This document shows, in pieces, positions 52,227-60,780 of a stretch of 64,000 nt of DNA (its first letter is position 1; each line of letters opens with the position of its first letter). Position numbers and translations under genes: made by a program. The DNA is from an uncultured Actinomycetota bacterium (lineage in GTDB: Bacteria > Actinomycetota > Thermoleophilia > RBG-16-64-13): NCBI GenBank assembly GCA_963721365.1, contig CAVRJE010000016.1:6701-70700 (forward strand), written 5' to 3'. The notes beneath the pieces were generated by a model. That model was not told where the DNA came from. It saw only the letters and a program-made list of their open reading frames with translations, and ran no database searches.

Positions 52227-53627
52227 TCACAACCGCTCCTCGAACCTCTCTCTCGCCGACGCCGCCAATCCCCGGGCCAGCGCCTCCAGCGCCCCGCTGC
52301 CCTCCTCGGGCTCGCCCTCCGCAGAGACCTCCATCGGCACGTTGTCCATGAAGATCACCGGGAGCCCTCGCGCCACCGCCTCTTCGGCCACCACGTCGAT
52401 GGCCGCCGCCTTGATCTCCGTGAGCACTGCATCGACCCGGCCCATCGCCTCGCTCTGGAGGTCCTGCCTGAGTGCCGCGCGATCGGCGAGGTGGGTAGAG
52501 AACAACTCGATCCGGCATCCCCACCGCTCCTCCAGATGCCTGCGCAGTACCGCTTTCTGCGCCTCGGGCGCCGTCGAGAAACAGGCGACCCTTCGGCCCC
52601 GCACGTCCTCGACGGGCCGGGGGCGGAACACCACGGGCAGCACGGGCATACCCGGCCGCACCCTCTCCACCGCTTCCCGGACCATCCGGACCTTCTCCGG
52701 CGACGCCAACGGCTCCTCGGCCATCGTCAAGACGACCGCGTCGCTGATAAGCAGCCGGTAGGCGCCCAAGTAGCCGGCGATGTCGTCCACCGCCTGGTGC
52801 GCCCCTGCCACCAACAGCCGGGCATCGCTGCCCACCGGCGGCTGAGCCGCTCCGCTCCCTTCCAGCACGATCAACTCCGGCCCCAGGCTGTTCGCCAACC
52901 TGACCCCCTCGGCGACGTTGGTAGCGAACGGCTGTCCCGCCATGCCTCCCCCGCAACGCCGGCACCCAACGGTCACGACTCCGCTCAGAACGGCGTCTTC
53001 GAAGTGATCCGAGGCCGCATGGCGCCCCCGCCTACTCCAGGCAAGCAGGTCTTCTGCCTCCAAACGCCGCTTGGTCCCGTCGATGACCTCGGGCTCCGCC
53101 GGTCCGCCCCGCCCCATGGCAACCACGACGATCCCTGGGTGTCCCGCCCGCGCGGGGACGGCTGCTTGAAGGACCCGGGCCACATACCCGCTGATGGCGG
53201 TCTTCCCCACTCGCTTGCCGGTACCGATGATGGCCAACGAGGGAGCCGTGCAAATACGTTCGGAAGTCGCGGGGCTGAAGTGGAAATCGGGACCTACGTA
53301 GCCCACCTCGCGCGCCAAAGTCTTGCTCGCAAGGCGAAAACGTTCTACGTATCCTAGCACCGGTTCGTCACTAAGGTCAACGACCACTTGGGGGCGATAA
53401 CGGTCGATGGCGGTGTCGAGCCCCCGCGACCAGTCTTCGTCGAAGATCACGGGCAGGCCATACGCCTCCTCCGCCCCTTCTTCCAGACCGCCCCGCAGGA
53501 TCTTCTCCGCCCCCCCAAGGAAGAGGGCCGCCCGGAAGTCGAACCGGTCGGATGCCTGCCGCAGCGCGTCGACGACCACCGGAGGGTAGTGCTCGCCGTC
53601 GATCAGGACTACGGCCGAGAGTCTCAT
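52227..53627 (-). CDS. Putative cyclic 2,3-diphosphoglycerate synthetase
   Basis: 466 aa. The N-terminus LIDGEHYPPVV, the internal P-loop IGTGKRVGKTA, the size, and adjacency to a 2-phosphoglycerate kinase fit my recollection of the cDPG synthetase family. Not verified by search. Confidence 0.55.
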   Translation of the reverse strand: MRLSAVVLIDGEHYPPVVVDALRQASDRFDFRAALFLGGAEKILRGGLEEGAEEAYGLPVIFDEDWSRGLDTAIDRYRPQVVVDLSDEPVLGYVERFRLASKTLAREVGYVGPDFHFSPATSERICTAPSLAIIGTGKRVGKTAISGYVARVLQAAVPARAGHPGIVVVAMGRGGPAEPEVIDGTKRRLEAEDLLAWSRRGRHAASDHFEDAVLSGVVTVGCRRCGGGMAGQPFATNVAEGVRLANSLGPELIVLEGSGAAQPPVGSDARLLVAGAHQAVDDIAGYLGAYRLLISDAVVLTMAEEPLASPEKVRMVREAVERVRPGMPVLPVVFRPRPVEDVRGRRVACFSTAPEAQKAVLRRHLEERWGCRIELFSTHLADRAALRQDLQSEAMGRVDAVLTEIKAAAIDVVAEEAVARGLPVIFMDNVPMEVSAEGEPEEGSGALEALARGLAASARERFEERL

Positions 53628-53646
53628 CGCGTCGCGAGGCGCCGCA

Positions 53647-54402
53647 TCAGCCGGGAGAGCGATCGAATTCCACGATGCTCTCGCCGCCGTGGAACGGGTA
53701 GCGCCGCGACACCGTCACGTGCTCGCCCTTGATCTCCACGACGTTGTAGCAGGGCTTGGTATCGCCGCGCAGACGGAGCGTGGCCACGGTGCCGGCGTTG
53801 ACGACGTACATGTTCTCCAGACGCCACGCGTACGGCACGTGCTTGTGGCCGGAGAGCACAAGGTCAACCCCGCACTCCACCAACACTTCCAGCACGTCGC
53901 CCGCGTCGTTGACGATGTTGCGCTCCCTTCCGGTGCCGGGGATGGGCAGCAGGTGGTGGTGGAGCATGAAGATCTTGACGTCGTCCGGGTTCTCCATGAA
54001 CGCTTCCCGGATCCACTGGTACCGGTGCCGGCCGATACGGCCGTAGTCGAGGTCGGGTTCGGTGGAATCCACACCTAGCAGCGTCACCCCCTGCTTGCGG
54101 ACGATCGTCTGGCGGGCGGCGAAGAGCCGCTCGAAGTGGGCGTACCCCACGTTACGGCTGTCATGGTTGCCAGGCACGACGAGAACATCGGGGCACGTAA
54201 GCCTGTCCAGGTACTCGCGCGCCTCCCGGAACTCCTGGCGGTATCCCATGTTCGTCAGGTCGCCGGTGACGGCGACGATGTCGGGGCTCAGGTCGTTGAC
54301 CTCCACCAGCGTCCGGTCCAGCAGGTTGGGCACGAAGTACTGCGAGCCCAGGTGCAGGTCGGACAGGTGAGCGATAACGCACGAGCGGGTCTGATCTCCC
54401 AT
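53647..54402 (-). CDS. Calcineurin-like metallophosphoesterase
   Basis: Motifs SDLHLG, GDLTN, GNHD, HHH, GHKH. 251 aa, 19 nt upstream of the synthetase gene. Confidence 0.85.
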   Translation of the reverse strand: MGDQTRSCVIAHLSDLHLGSQYFVPNLLDRTLVEVNDLSPDIVAVTGDLTNMGYRQEFREAREYLDRLTCPDVLVVPGNHDSRNVGYAHFERLFAARQTIVRKQGVTLLGVDSTEPDLDYGRIGRHRYQWIREAFMENPDDVKIFMLHHHLLPIPGTGRERNIVNDAGDVLEVLVECGVDLVLSGHKHVPYAWRLENMYVVNAGTVATLRLRGDTKPCYNVVEIKGEHVTVSRRYPFHGGESIVEFDRSPG

Positions 54403-54428
54403 CGTGACTACTCCGCCCGGGGACGCGC

Positions 54429-54588
54429 TTCAGAATGGAGTTTCGCCGGGTGCCCACCGCGGGCGTGGGACGCGATGGGCGAGTGCGAGGCTAGGACGCA
54501 GGAGCGGCGTAGCGGCGCTACGCGCGCGACCGAGGACGACGCATCGCGCCGACCAGTGCGCACTAGGCGGCCGCAACTTCATTCTGAA
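54429..54588. repeat. ~160-bp nested imperfect palindrome between thrC and the phosphoesterase gene
   Basis: Outer arms TTCAGAATGGAGTT (54429-54442) and AACTTCATTCTGAA (54575-54588), 13/14 complementary. Middle arms CGCGATG (54471-54477) and CATCGCG (54542-54548). Central hairpin GCGTAGC-GGC-GCTACGC (54507-54523). Confidence 0.7.
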
Positions 54589-55654
54589 ACGGGTCCTTGG
54601 CGATGATTTCCTCGACCGCGGCAAGATCGGCAGGGCAATGGATGATCGGGCGGGACTGATCGATGGCGGTCTGCGGGTCCTTGAGGCCGTGACCGGTGAG
54701 CACGCACACAAGGGTGTCCCCCTTCGGAAGCCCGTTGGCACCGTACTTGAGAAGCCCGGCGACGCTCGCCGCCGAAGCGGGCTCGCAGAAGACACCCTCT
54801 TTCTGGGCAAGCAGCCGCTGCGCCGCTAGGATCTCCTCGTCCGTCACGTCGCGGATGACGCCGCCCGAGTCGCCGGCCGCGGCCAGGGCTTCGTCGCCCC
54901 GCGCCGGGTTGCCGATGCGGATGGCCGTGGCGATGGTCTCCGGCTTCTCCACGATGTGACCGCACACCAGCGGGTTCGCGCCTTCCGCCTGGAATCCCCA
55001 GACGACGGGCAGCCTACCCGCGAGGCCCCGCTCCTTGTATTCGCGGAACCCCTTCCAGTACGCGGTGATATTCCCCGCGTTGCCGACGGGGATGGACAGC
55101 ATCGCCGGGGCGTCACCCAGGGCGTCGACGATCTCGAAAGCCGCCGTCTTCTGTCCTTCGATGCGGTAGGGGTTGAGAGAGTTGACCAGGGTGATACGCC
55201 GCCGTTCGGAGAGTTCCTTGACGTACTCGAGCGCCAGGTCGAAGTTGCCCTCGATAGCGATAGCGACCGCGCCGTGCATCAGGGCCTGGGAGAGCTTGCC
55301 CATGGCGATCTTGCCCTCGGGGATGAGCACGACGCAGCGCAGTCCCGCCCGGGCGGCGTAGGCGGCCGCCGAAGCGGAGGTGTTGCCGGTCGAGGCGCAG
55401 ATGACCGCGGTCGCGTCGTCTTCGAGGGCCTTGGTGATGGCCACCGTCATCCCTCGGTCTTTGAAAGACCCGGTGGGGTTGGCGGCCTCGTACTTGAGAT
55501 ACACCTCGCAGCCGAGCTCTCCGCTGAGCCACCTGGCGGGGACTAGCGGCGTGCTTCCCTCCCCCAGCGTCGCCGGGACGGTATCGGGCTTGAGCGGCAG
55601 GAACTCCCGATAGCGCTCGATGACGCCGAACGGCGCCGCTGCGCGGGCGCCCAT
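54563..55654 (-). CDS. thrC: Threonine synthase
   Basis: 363 aa with PLP-lysine motif [10 protein letters not shown]. Confidence 0.95.
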   Translation of the reverse strand: MGARAAAPFGVIERYREFLPLKPDTVPATLGEGSTPLVPARWLSGELGCEVYLKYEAANPTGSFKDRGMTVAITKALEDDATAVICASTGNTSASAAAYAARAGLRCVVLIPEGKIAMGKLSQALMHGAVAIAIEGNFDLALEYVKELSERRRITLVNSLNPYRIEGQKTAAFEIVDALGDAPAMLSIPVGNAGNITAYWKGFREYKERGLAGRLPVVWGFQAEGANPLVCGHIVEKPETIATAIRIGNPARGDEALAAAGDSGGVIRDVTDEEILAAQRLLAQKEGVFCEPASAASVAGLLKYGANGLPKGDTLVCVLTGHGLKDPQTAIDQSRPIIHCPADLAAVEEIIAKDPFQNEVAAA

Positions 55655-56932
55655 CTAGAGGACCCTCAGCGTCATCGGCTCGCTGCTGCAACAGCTCAAG
55701 GCGTTCGCCTCCCGGATGGCTGCGAAGAAGTTCTTCTCCTTGGTGGGGTGCGTGATAAGCACCAACTCCGCCTCCGCGCCTCTGCCCTTCTGGATCATGC
55801 TCGCTATCGATACCCCGTGATCGCCGAACACCGAGGCGATGCGGGCGAGCACTCCCGACACGTCCTCCACGTTCATCTTGATGAAGAACGCCGACTCGAC
55901 CTCCTCGGCGGGGTAGAAATCGAGCTCGCGGTAGCAGGAGCAACTCTGGAGGAAGCCCACGTCTTTCGTGTTGGCGATCGAAACGATGTCGCTCACCACC
56001 GCAGTGGCGGTCGGCACCCCGCCGGCCCCCGGACCCATCAGCATGATCTCCCCGATCTCGTCTCCACGCAGGAACACGGCGTTGTTGGAGCCGTTGATGG
56101 CGGCCAGCGGATGATCCACCGGCACCAGAGCGGGGAACACGCGCACGCTGACCCTGTCTTCGATGAGCCGAGCCGCTCCGATGAGCTTGACGGCAAAGCC
56201 CAGGTCTTTGGCGTACCGGACGTCATCCAGGCTGATGTTCTCTATACCCTCGTAGGCCACATCGGCAAGCGTTACCCGGGAGTGGAAGGCGATCGACCCG
56301 AGGATGGCCATCTTGGCGGCCGCGTCGGCCCCGCCGACATCCGCTGTGGGGTCGGCCTCGGCGTAGCCCAGTTCCTGCGCTTTGGAGAGGATCTCGGCGT
56401 AGTCGCCCTCGTTGTTGTACATCCGGGTGAGGATGTAATTGGTGGTGCCGTTGACGATGCCGTTGACGGTCTTCAGGCCTGCCGCGATCATGCTTTCGCG
56501 CATCACCTTGATGATCGGGATGGCGCCGGCGACCGCGGCCTCGAAGCGCAGATGCCGTCGCTCCTCGCGGGCCAGGGTGAATAGGGCCTCGCCTCGGCTG
56601 GCCAGCAGCTGCTTGTTGGCAGTCACCACGTTCTTGCCCTTGCGCATGGCAGCGTCGAGGAAATCGAACGCCGCGCCGGTGCCGCCGATGACCTCGACAA
56701 CGATGTCGATGGACGGGTCGTCCACTATCGCGTTGAAGTCGGTGGTGAACAGACCATCGGGAACGTCCTCCGGCTGCTTGCTCGGGTCGATCTCGAGCAC
56801 GCGCGCCACCTGCAGGTCTACACCGGTGCCTTCCAGGATCTGATCGTGCTCTCTCTGGATCAGCCGGTAGACACTCGACCCGATCGTGCCGAATCCCAGC
56901 AGACCTATGCGCACGACCCTATCCCGGCTCAT
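55655..56932 (-). CDS. hom: Homoserine dehydrogenase
   Basis: 425 aa with the GFGTIGSSV NAD fold, catalytic domain and C-terminal ACT domain. Confidence 0.95.
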   Translation of the reverse strand: MSRDRVVRIGLLGFGTIGSSVYRLIQREHDQILEGTGVDLQVARVLEIDPSKQPEDVPDGLFTTDFNAIVDDPSIDIVVEVIGGTGAAFDFLDAAMRKGKNVVTANKQLLASRGEALFTLAREERRHLRFEAAVAGAIPIIKVMRESMIAAGLKTVNGIVNGTTNYILTRMYNNEGDYAEILSKAQELGYAEADPTADVGGADAAAKMAILGSIAFHSRVTLADVAYEGIENISLDDVRYAKDLGFAVKLIGAARLIEDRVSVRVFPALVPVDHPLAAINGSNNAVFLRGDEIGEIMLMGPGAGGVPTATAVVSDIVSIANTKDVGFLQSCSCYRELDFYPAEEVESAFFIKMNVEDVSGVLARIASVFGDHGVSIASMIQKGRGAEAELVLITHPTKEKNFFAAIREANALSCCSSEPMTLRVL

Positions 56933-56946
56933 GCTCTCCCTCGCTC

Positions 56947-58272
56947 CTATTCGCTATCGTGCAGTGGACGGTGCTTGGCCACGAGGTCGGCATAGCTCTC
57001 GCGTTCGACGATCACCCGCGCCTGCCCATCGCGAACCAGGATCACCGCGGGCCGCGGACTGCCGTTGTAGTTCGACGACATCGCAAAGCAATACGCACCG
57101 GTGGCCGGCATCACGAGAATATCTCCCGGCTCTGGCCGGGCAAGGACGACGTCCCGAATAAGGATGTCTCCGCTCTCGCAATGCTTACCGGCCACCGTGA
57201 CTCTGGTATCGGCAGCAACGCCGGCTTTGTTAGCGAGCATGCCCTCGTAGAGCGCGTCGTAGAGCATCGGACGGATGTTGTCGCTCATGCCCCCATCGAC
57301 GCTCACGTAGGTGCGGACCCCGGGGATCTCCTTGATGGTGCCCACGGTGTAGGCGGTGACGCCCGCCTTGCCCACGATCGAGCGCCCCGGCTCGATGAGC
57401 ACCCGCGGCATGGGCAGCCCCCGGGCCGCCATCTCTTCCCTCACGCCCTCCACCTTGACGGCCGCGTAGTCGCCGATGGACGACGGGGTGTCTTCCTCGG
57501 TGTAGCGGATACCCAGCCCGCCCCCGATGTTGAGAGAGCGGCACTCGAACCCGAGGCTCTCGCCGGCCTGGGCGATGAGGCCGACCAGGATGTCGATGGC
57601 TTTGCGGAACGACTCCAGTTCAAAGATCTGGCTGCCTATGTGGGCGTGCAGACCGGTCAGTTCGAGATGAGGGGCTGCCATCGCCCGCCGGATGGCCTCC
57701 ATGGCCACCCCATCCTCGAGGCCGAACCCGAACTTGGAGTCCACCTGCCCTGTCTGGATGTAGGAATGAGTGTGCGCCTCGATGCCCGGGGTGATGCGTA
57801 GCAGTACCTTCTGCCGCCCGCCTCGCGCCCCCACCAGCTCGTCGAGCAAAGCCAGTTCCTGGAAGCTATCGACCACCACAAAGCCCACGCCGCCGGAAAG
57901 GGCGAACTCGAGCTCGTCCCGGGTCTTGTTGTTGCCGTGGAAGAAGATCTTCTCCGCCGGGAAGCCGGCCACCTTGGCCACGTGGTACTCGCCGCCCGAA
58001 GATACGTCGATCGACAGGCCCTCCTCGAGGACCATCTGGGCGATCGCTACCGTGGAGAACGCTTTGCTCGCGTAGATGATCTCGAAATCCTGGGTGTGTT
58101 CCCCGAACGCGCTCATGTAGCGGCGGCACTGGTCGCGGATGGAGGTCTCCTCGTAGACCACCAGCGGCGTGCCGAAGGTCGCTGCCAGCTCGACGACGTC
58201 GCAGCCACCGATCTCGAGATGCCCGGCGGCGTTGTGAGACGAGGTGATGGGATAGACGAGCGTGTGGGTCAA
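56947..58272 (-). CDS. lysA: Diaminopimelate decarboxylase
   Basis: 441-aa fold-III PLP decarboxylase (YASKAF, GGGLGI, CESGD). TTG start after SD GGAGG. Confidence 0.95.
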   Translation of the reverse strand: MTHTLVYPITSSHNAAGHLEIGGCDVVELAATFGTPLVVYEETSIRDQCRRYMSAFGEHTQDFEIIYASKAFSTVAIAQMVLEEGLSIDVSSGGEYHVAKVAGFPAEKIFFHGNNKTRDELEFALSGGVGFVVVDSFQELALLDELVGARGGRQKVLLRITPGIEAHTHSYIQTGQVDSKFGFGLEDGVAMEAIRRAMAAPHLELTGLHAHIGSQIFELESFRKAIDILVGLIAQAGESLGFECRSLNIGGGLGIRYTEEDTPSSIGDYAAVKVEGVREEMAARGLPMPRVLIEPGRSIVGKAGVTAYTVGTIKEIPGVRTYVSVDGGMSDNIRPMLYDALYEGMLANKAGVAADTRVTVAGKHCESGDILIRDVVLARPEPGDILVMPATGAYCFAMSSNYNGSPRPAVILVRDGQARVIVERESYADLVAKHRPLHDSE

Positions 58273-58395
58273 GACAGCCTCCAGACGGGAAACACGGGTA
58301 CGTTACCACAGAGGCTGCTGGAGCACGACGCCTCGCGTAGGAGCGCAATGGGCGAGTGCGAGAGAAGGAGCAGGCTGATAGAATGGACATCCAGC

Positions 58396-58752
58396 ATGAC
58401 CGAGCAGCCGTCCATCTTCTCCTATTACCGGGGCACCAAAGAACCCAGTTTCGCCACCCGGACCGAGCTCGAGGCGGCCAAGCTGTTCGACTATCACCGC
58501 ATCGCCTGGGAGTACGAGCCACGCACATTCATCCTGGAGCAGGACGAGAGGGGGAACATCCTCGAAGCCTTCACCCCGGATTTCTATCTGCCCGACCTGG
58601 AGTTGTTCGTCGAGGTGACCGAGATGAAACAGTCCCTCGTGACGGCGAAGAACCGCAAGGTCCGCAAGCTCAGGGAGAAATACCCGGAGGCCCACATCAA
58701 GCTCCTCTACCGCAAGGACTTCGTCCGGATGGCTCAGAAATACGGCTTGTGA
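58396..58752 (+). CDS. Small PD-(D/E)XK nuclease-fold protein (TnsA/Vsr-like pattern), function unknown
   Basis: 118 aa with the pattern ...TELEAAKLFDYH...FTPDFYLP...LFVEVTEMK. ATG lies 11 nt after a TAGAAT -10 box. Confidence 0.45.
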   Translation: MTEQPSIFSYYRGTKEPSFATRTELEAAKLFDYHRIAWEYEPRTFILEQDERGNILEAFTPDFYLPDLELFVEVTEMKQSLVTAKNRKVRKLREKYPEAHIKLLYRKDFVRMAQKYGL

Positions 58753-58759
58753 GGCTCTG

Positions 58760-59332
58760 ATGGAAGCGGGTGAGCCCACCAGTCCCGAGATAGGCCCGAT
58801 CTTCCTGACCGCGGACGCCATTTCCGCCCGGGTACGGGAGATGGGCGCCCAGATCAGCCGCGACTACCAGGGCGAGGAACTCCTCCTGGTGGGCCTGCTC
58901 AAGGGCTCCGTCTTCTTCCTGGCCGATCTCGCCCGGGCGATAGACCTCCCGCTCGAGATCGACTTCCTCAGCCTCAGCTCGTTTGCGAAGGAGCACGCCC
59001 AGGCCGGCGCGAAAGCCATCCGCTTTCTCAAGGACCTCGACCAGCCGGTCAAGGACAAGAACGTGATCGTCGTGCAGGACATGATCGACTCGGGGCTCAC
59101 GCTCCACTACATCAATCGCTCGCTCAGCCTGCGGCGGCCCCGCACCCTCGAGGCCTGCATCCTCTTCGACCGTCCTCAGTTGCGCCTGGTGGATCTCGAG
59201 GTGCGCTACCGGGGCTTCGAGGTGCCCGACGACTTCTTCGTGGGCTACGGGTTCGACTACCATCAGTTGTTCCGCAATCTCCCTTACGTGGCCTATCTGA
59301 GGACCCGCGCCTACCAGCCGACTCTCTTCTAG
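58760..59332 (+). CDS. hpt: Hypoxanthine phosphoribosyltransferase
   Basis: 190 aa with the PRPP loop VIVVQDMIDSGLTL and FVVGYGFDY-type motif. Confidence 0.9.
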   Translation: MEAGEPTSPEIGPIFLTADAISARVREMGAQISRDYQGEELLLVGLLKGSVFFLADLARAIDLPLEIDFLSLSSFAKEHAQAGAKAIRFLKDLDQPVKDKNVIVVQDMIDSGLTLHYINRSLSLRRPRTLEACILFDRPQLRLVDLEVRYRGFEVPDDFFVGYGFDYHQLFRNLPYVAYLRTRAYQPTLF

Positions 59333-59342
59333 GCCCGCGGCG

Positions 59343-60134
59343 ATGCGAACGTCCACAGTCCGGTTGCGCTCCGCCCGCGCCTCGGGCCTGGCGGCCGATC
59401 TCGAACTTGCGGCGACCCTGTATCTCCCCGATCCGCCGGACGGTCTTCCCGCCCCCGGGCTGGTGGTGGGACATGGCGCGGGCAGCCGCAGAGCCAGACA
59501 CGATGCCTTCTGCCGCGAAGCATGCTCCCAGGGGTTCGCCGTCCTCGCCCTCGATCTTCGCGGCCACGGGGACAGCGCGGGTGCCTCGGACGGGCCGTTG
59601 GAGCTGGACATCCTCGCGGCGGCCGGTTTCCTGCGCGATCATCCGGCCGTCGATGGCCGGTATCTCTGCTATCGCGGCTCGAGCATGGGCGGGTTCTACG
59701 GGCTGAAAGCGGCGCCCGAGGCCGGCTTCACCGCGCTCGCGCTTCTCTGCCCGGCGAGCGAACAGGTGATCCTCGATGCGCTCGACGGAGACGGCGCGGA
59801 ACCCGCGACCATGGCGGCAGGCGGAGGCGCGGCGCAGCCCGCCGCCCCGACTCGTTGGGATATCCCCCGCCTGAGGGCCTACTTCATGGGGCAGCACAGC
59901 GTCACGTTGGCTGCTCGCGTACGTTGCCCGGTGCTACTGGTCCACGCCCGGGCGGACTCTGTAGTCCCCTTCGCGCACTCTCTCGCTCTGGCCCGGCACC
60001 TGGCTGGGGATGCCACCCTGCTCGCCCTCGCCGGCGGCACACACACGAGTGCTCAGCACGACCCGGCCATCCACCGGTTGACCGCCCGCTGGCTAATGGA
60101 TCAGGTCAAGAGCGCATGCACTGAACGTACTTGA
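59343..60134 (+). CDS. Alpha/beta hydrolase
   Basis: 263 aa with HGAG oxyanion region, nucleophile elbow GSSMGG and a C-terminal His. Confidence 0.75.
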   Translation: MRTSTVRLRSARASGLAADLELAATLYLPDPPDGLPAPGLVVGHGAGSRRARHDAFCREACSQGFAVLALDLRGHGDSAGASDGPLELDILAAAGFLRDHPAVDGRYLCYRGSSMGGFYGLKAAPEAGFTALALLCPASEQVILDALDGDGAEPATMAAGGGAAQPAAPTRWDIPRLRAYFMGQHSVTLAARVRCPVLLVHARADSVVPFAHSLALARHLAGDATLLALAGGTHTSAQHDPAIHRLTARWLMDQVKSACTERT

Positions 60135-60414
60135 AGAAGACGTCGAAGGCCTTCTCTAGGGCCACCGGATCGAGACGGGCGCCCGTCTCGTCCTCGAGGC
60201 AATCCTTCATGTGATGGCTGATGAGGTGAGTCCCAACCTTGTCCAGAGCGGATTTGATGGCCGCCAGTTGGGCGAGGATCTCCTCGCAATCCTTGCCTTG
60301 CTCGATCATCCGCTGCAGGCCCCGTACCTGGCCCTCCACACGCGCGAGGCGGTTGAGTATGCGCGCGTCGTCCTCGGTCATAGCGCGCTTCGCGTCGGCT
60401 GCGTCAGGTGACAT
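60106..60414 (-). CDS. csoR: CsoR/RcnR-family metal-sensing repressor (C-H-C, CsoR-type)
   Basis: 102 aa with RLARVEGQVRGLQRMIE, Cys in GKDCEEIL and H-x3-C in HHMKDC. SD GAAGGAGG. Confidence 0.8.
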   Translation of the reverse strand: MSPDAADAKRAMTEDDARILNRLARVEGQVRGLQRMIEQGKDCEEILAQLAAIKSALDKVGTHLISHHMKDCLEDETGARLDPVALEKAFDVFFKYVQCMRS

Positions 60415-60459
60415 CCGTCCTCCTTCGCCCTGGGAGCGTTCTCGCCCCTGCCTCGATGA

Positions 60460-60473
60460 TACTCACCGGGGTA
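60460..60473. promoter_or_regulatory. Possible CsoR operator-like GC pseudo-palindrome
   Basis: TACTCACCGGGGTA (minus strand TACCCCGGTGAGTA), 46 nt upstream of csoR. It resembles the TACCC...GGGTA type boxes only partially. Confidence 0.25.
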
Positions 60474-60531
60474 CCGGGGAGGCAAGAGTGCGCAGAGCAC
60501 GCGGAAAACGAGGAACCCGCCGGGGGGAAGA

Positions 60532-60607
60532 TGGAGCGGAGTACGGGGGTCGAACCCGCGACATCCAGCTTGGGAAGCTGGCACTCTACCAACTGAGTTA
60601 ACTCCGC
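60532..60607 (-). tRNA. tRNA-Gly (anticodon CCC), CCA encoded
   Basis: Hand-folded: acceptor GCGGAGU/ACUCCGC, anticodon stem CCAGC/GCUGG with loop UUCCCAA, T-arm GCGGGTTCGACCCCCGT, discriminator U + CCA. Confidence 0.9.
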
Positions 60608-60746
60608 CCGCCGTAGCGACCTACTGGGGGGCCGCGATTCTACCATAACCCAGGCGGCCGCCTCGTACGCCCCAAGCGGACGGCTTTTCCGCTGCGAGTT
60701 AGCGGTACCACCGATATCTTTCCCCTGGAAAAGGGCCACAACGGCC

Positions 60747-60774
60747 TTGACTGGCGCGCGAACCTGAGTAGAAT
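60747..60774 (+). promoter_or_regulatory. Promoter of orphan sRNA candidate
   Basis: TTGACT, 16 nt, TAGAAT. The divergent tRNA-Gly has an extended -10 TGGTAGAAT on the other strand near 60633-60641. Confidence 0.5.
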
Positions 60775-60780
60775 ATCTAC

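Noticed and set aside
58273-58395. Possible lysine (L-box) riboswitch upstream of lysA.
   Set aside because: The leader is only about 120 nt and is shared with a divergent promoter. I could not find the conserved L-box helices or junction motifs.
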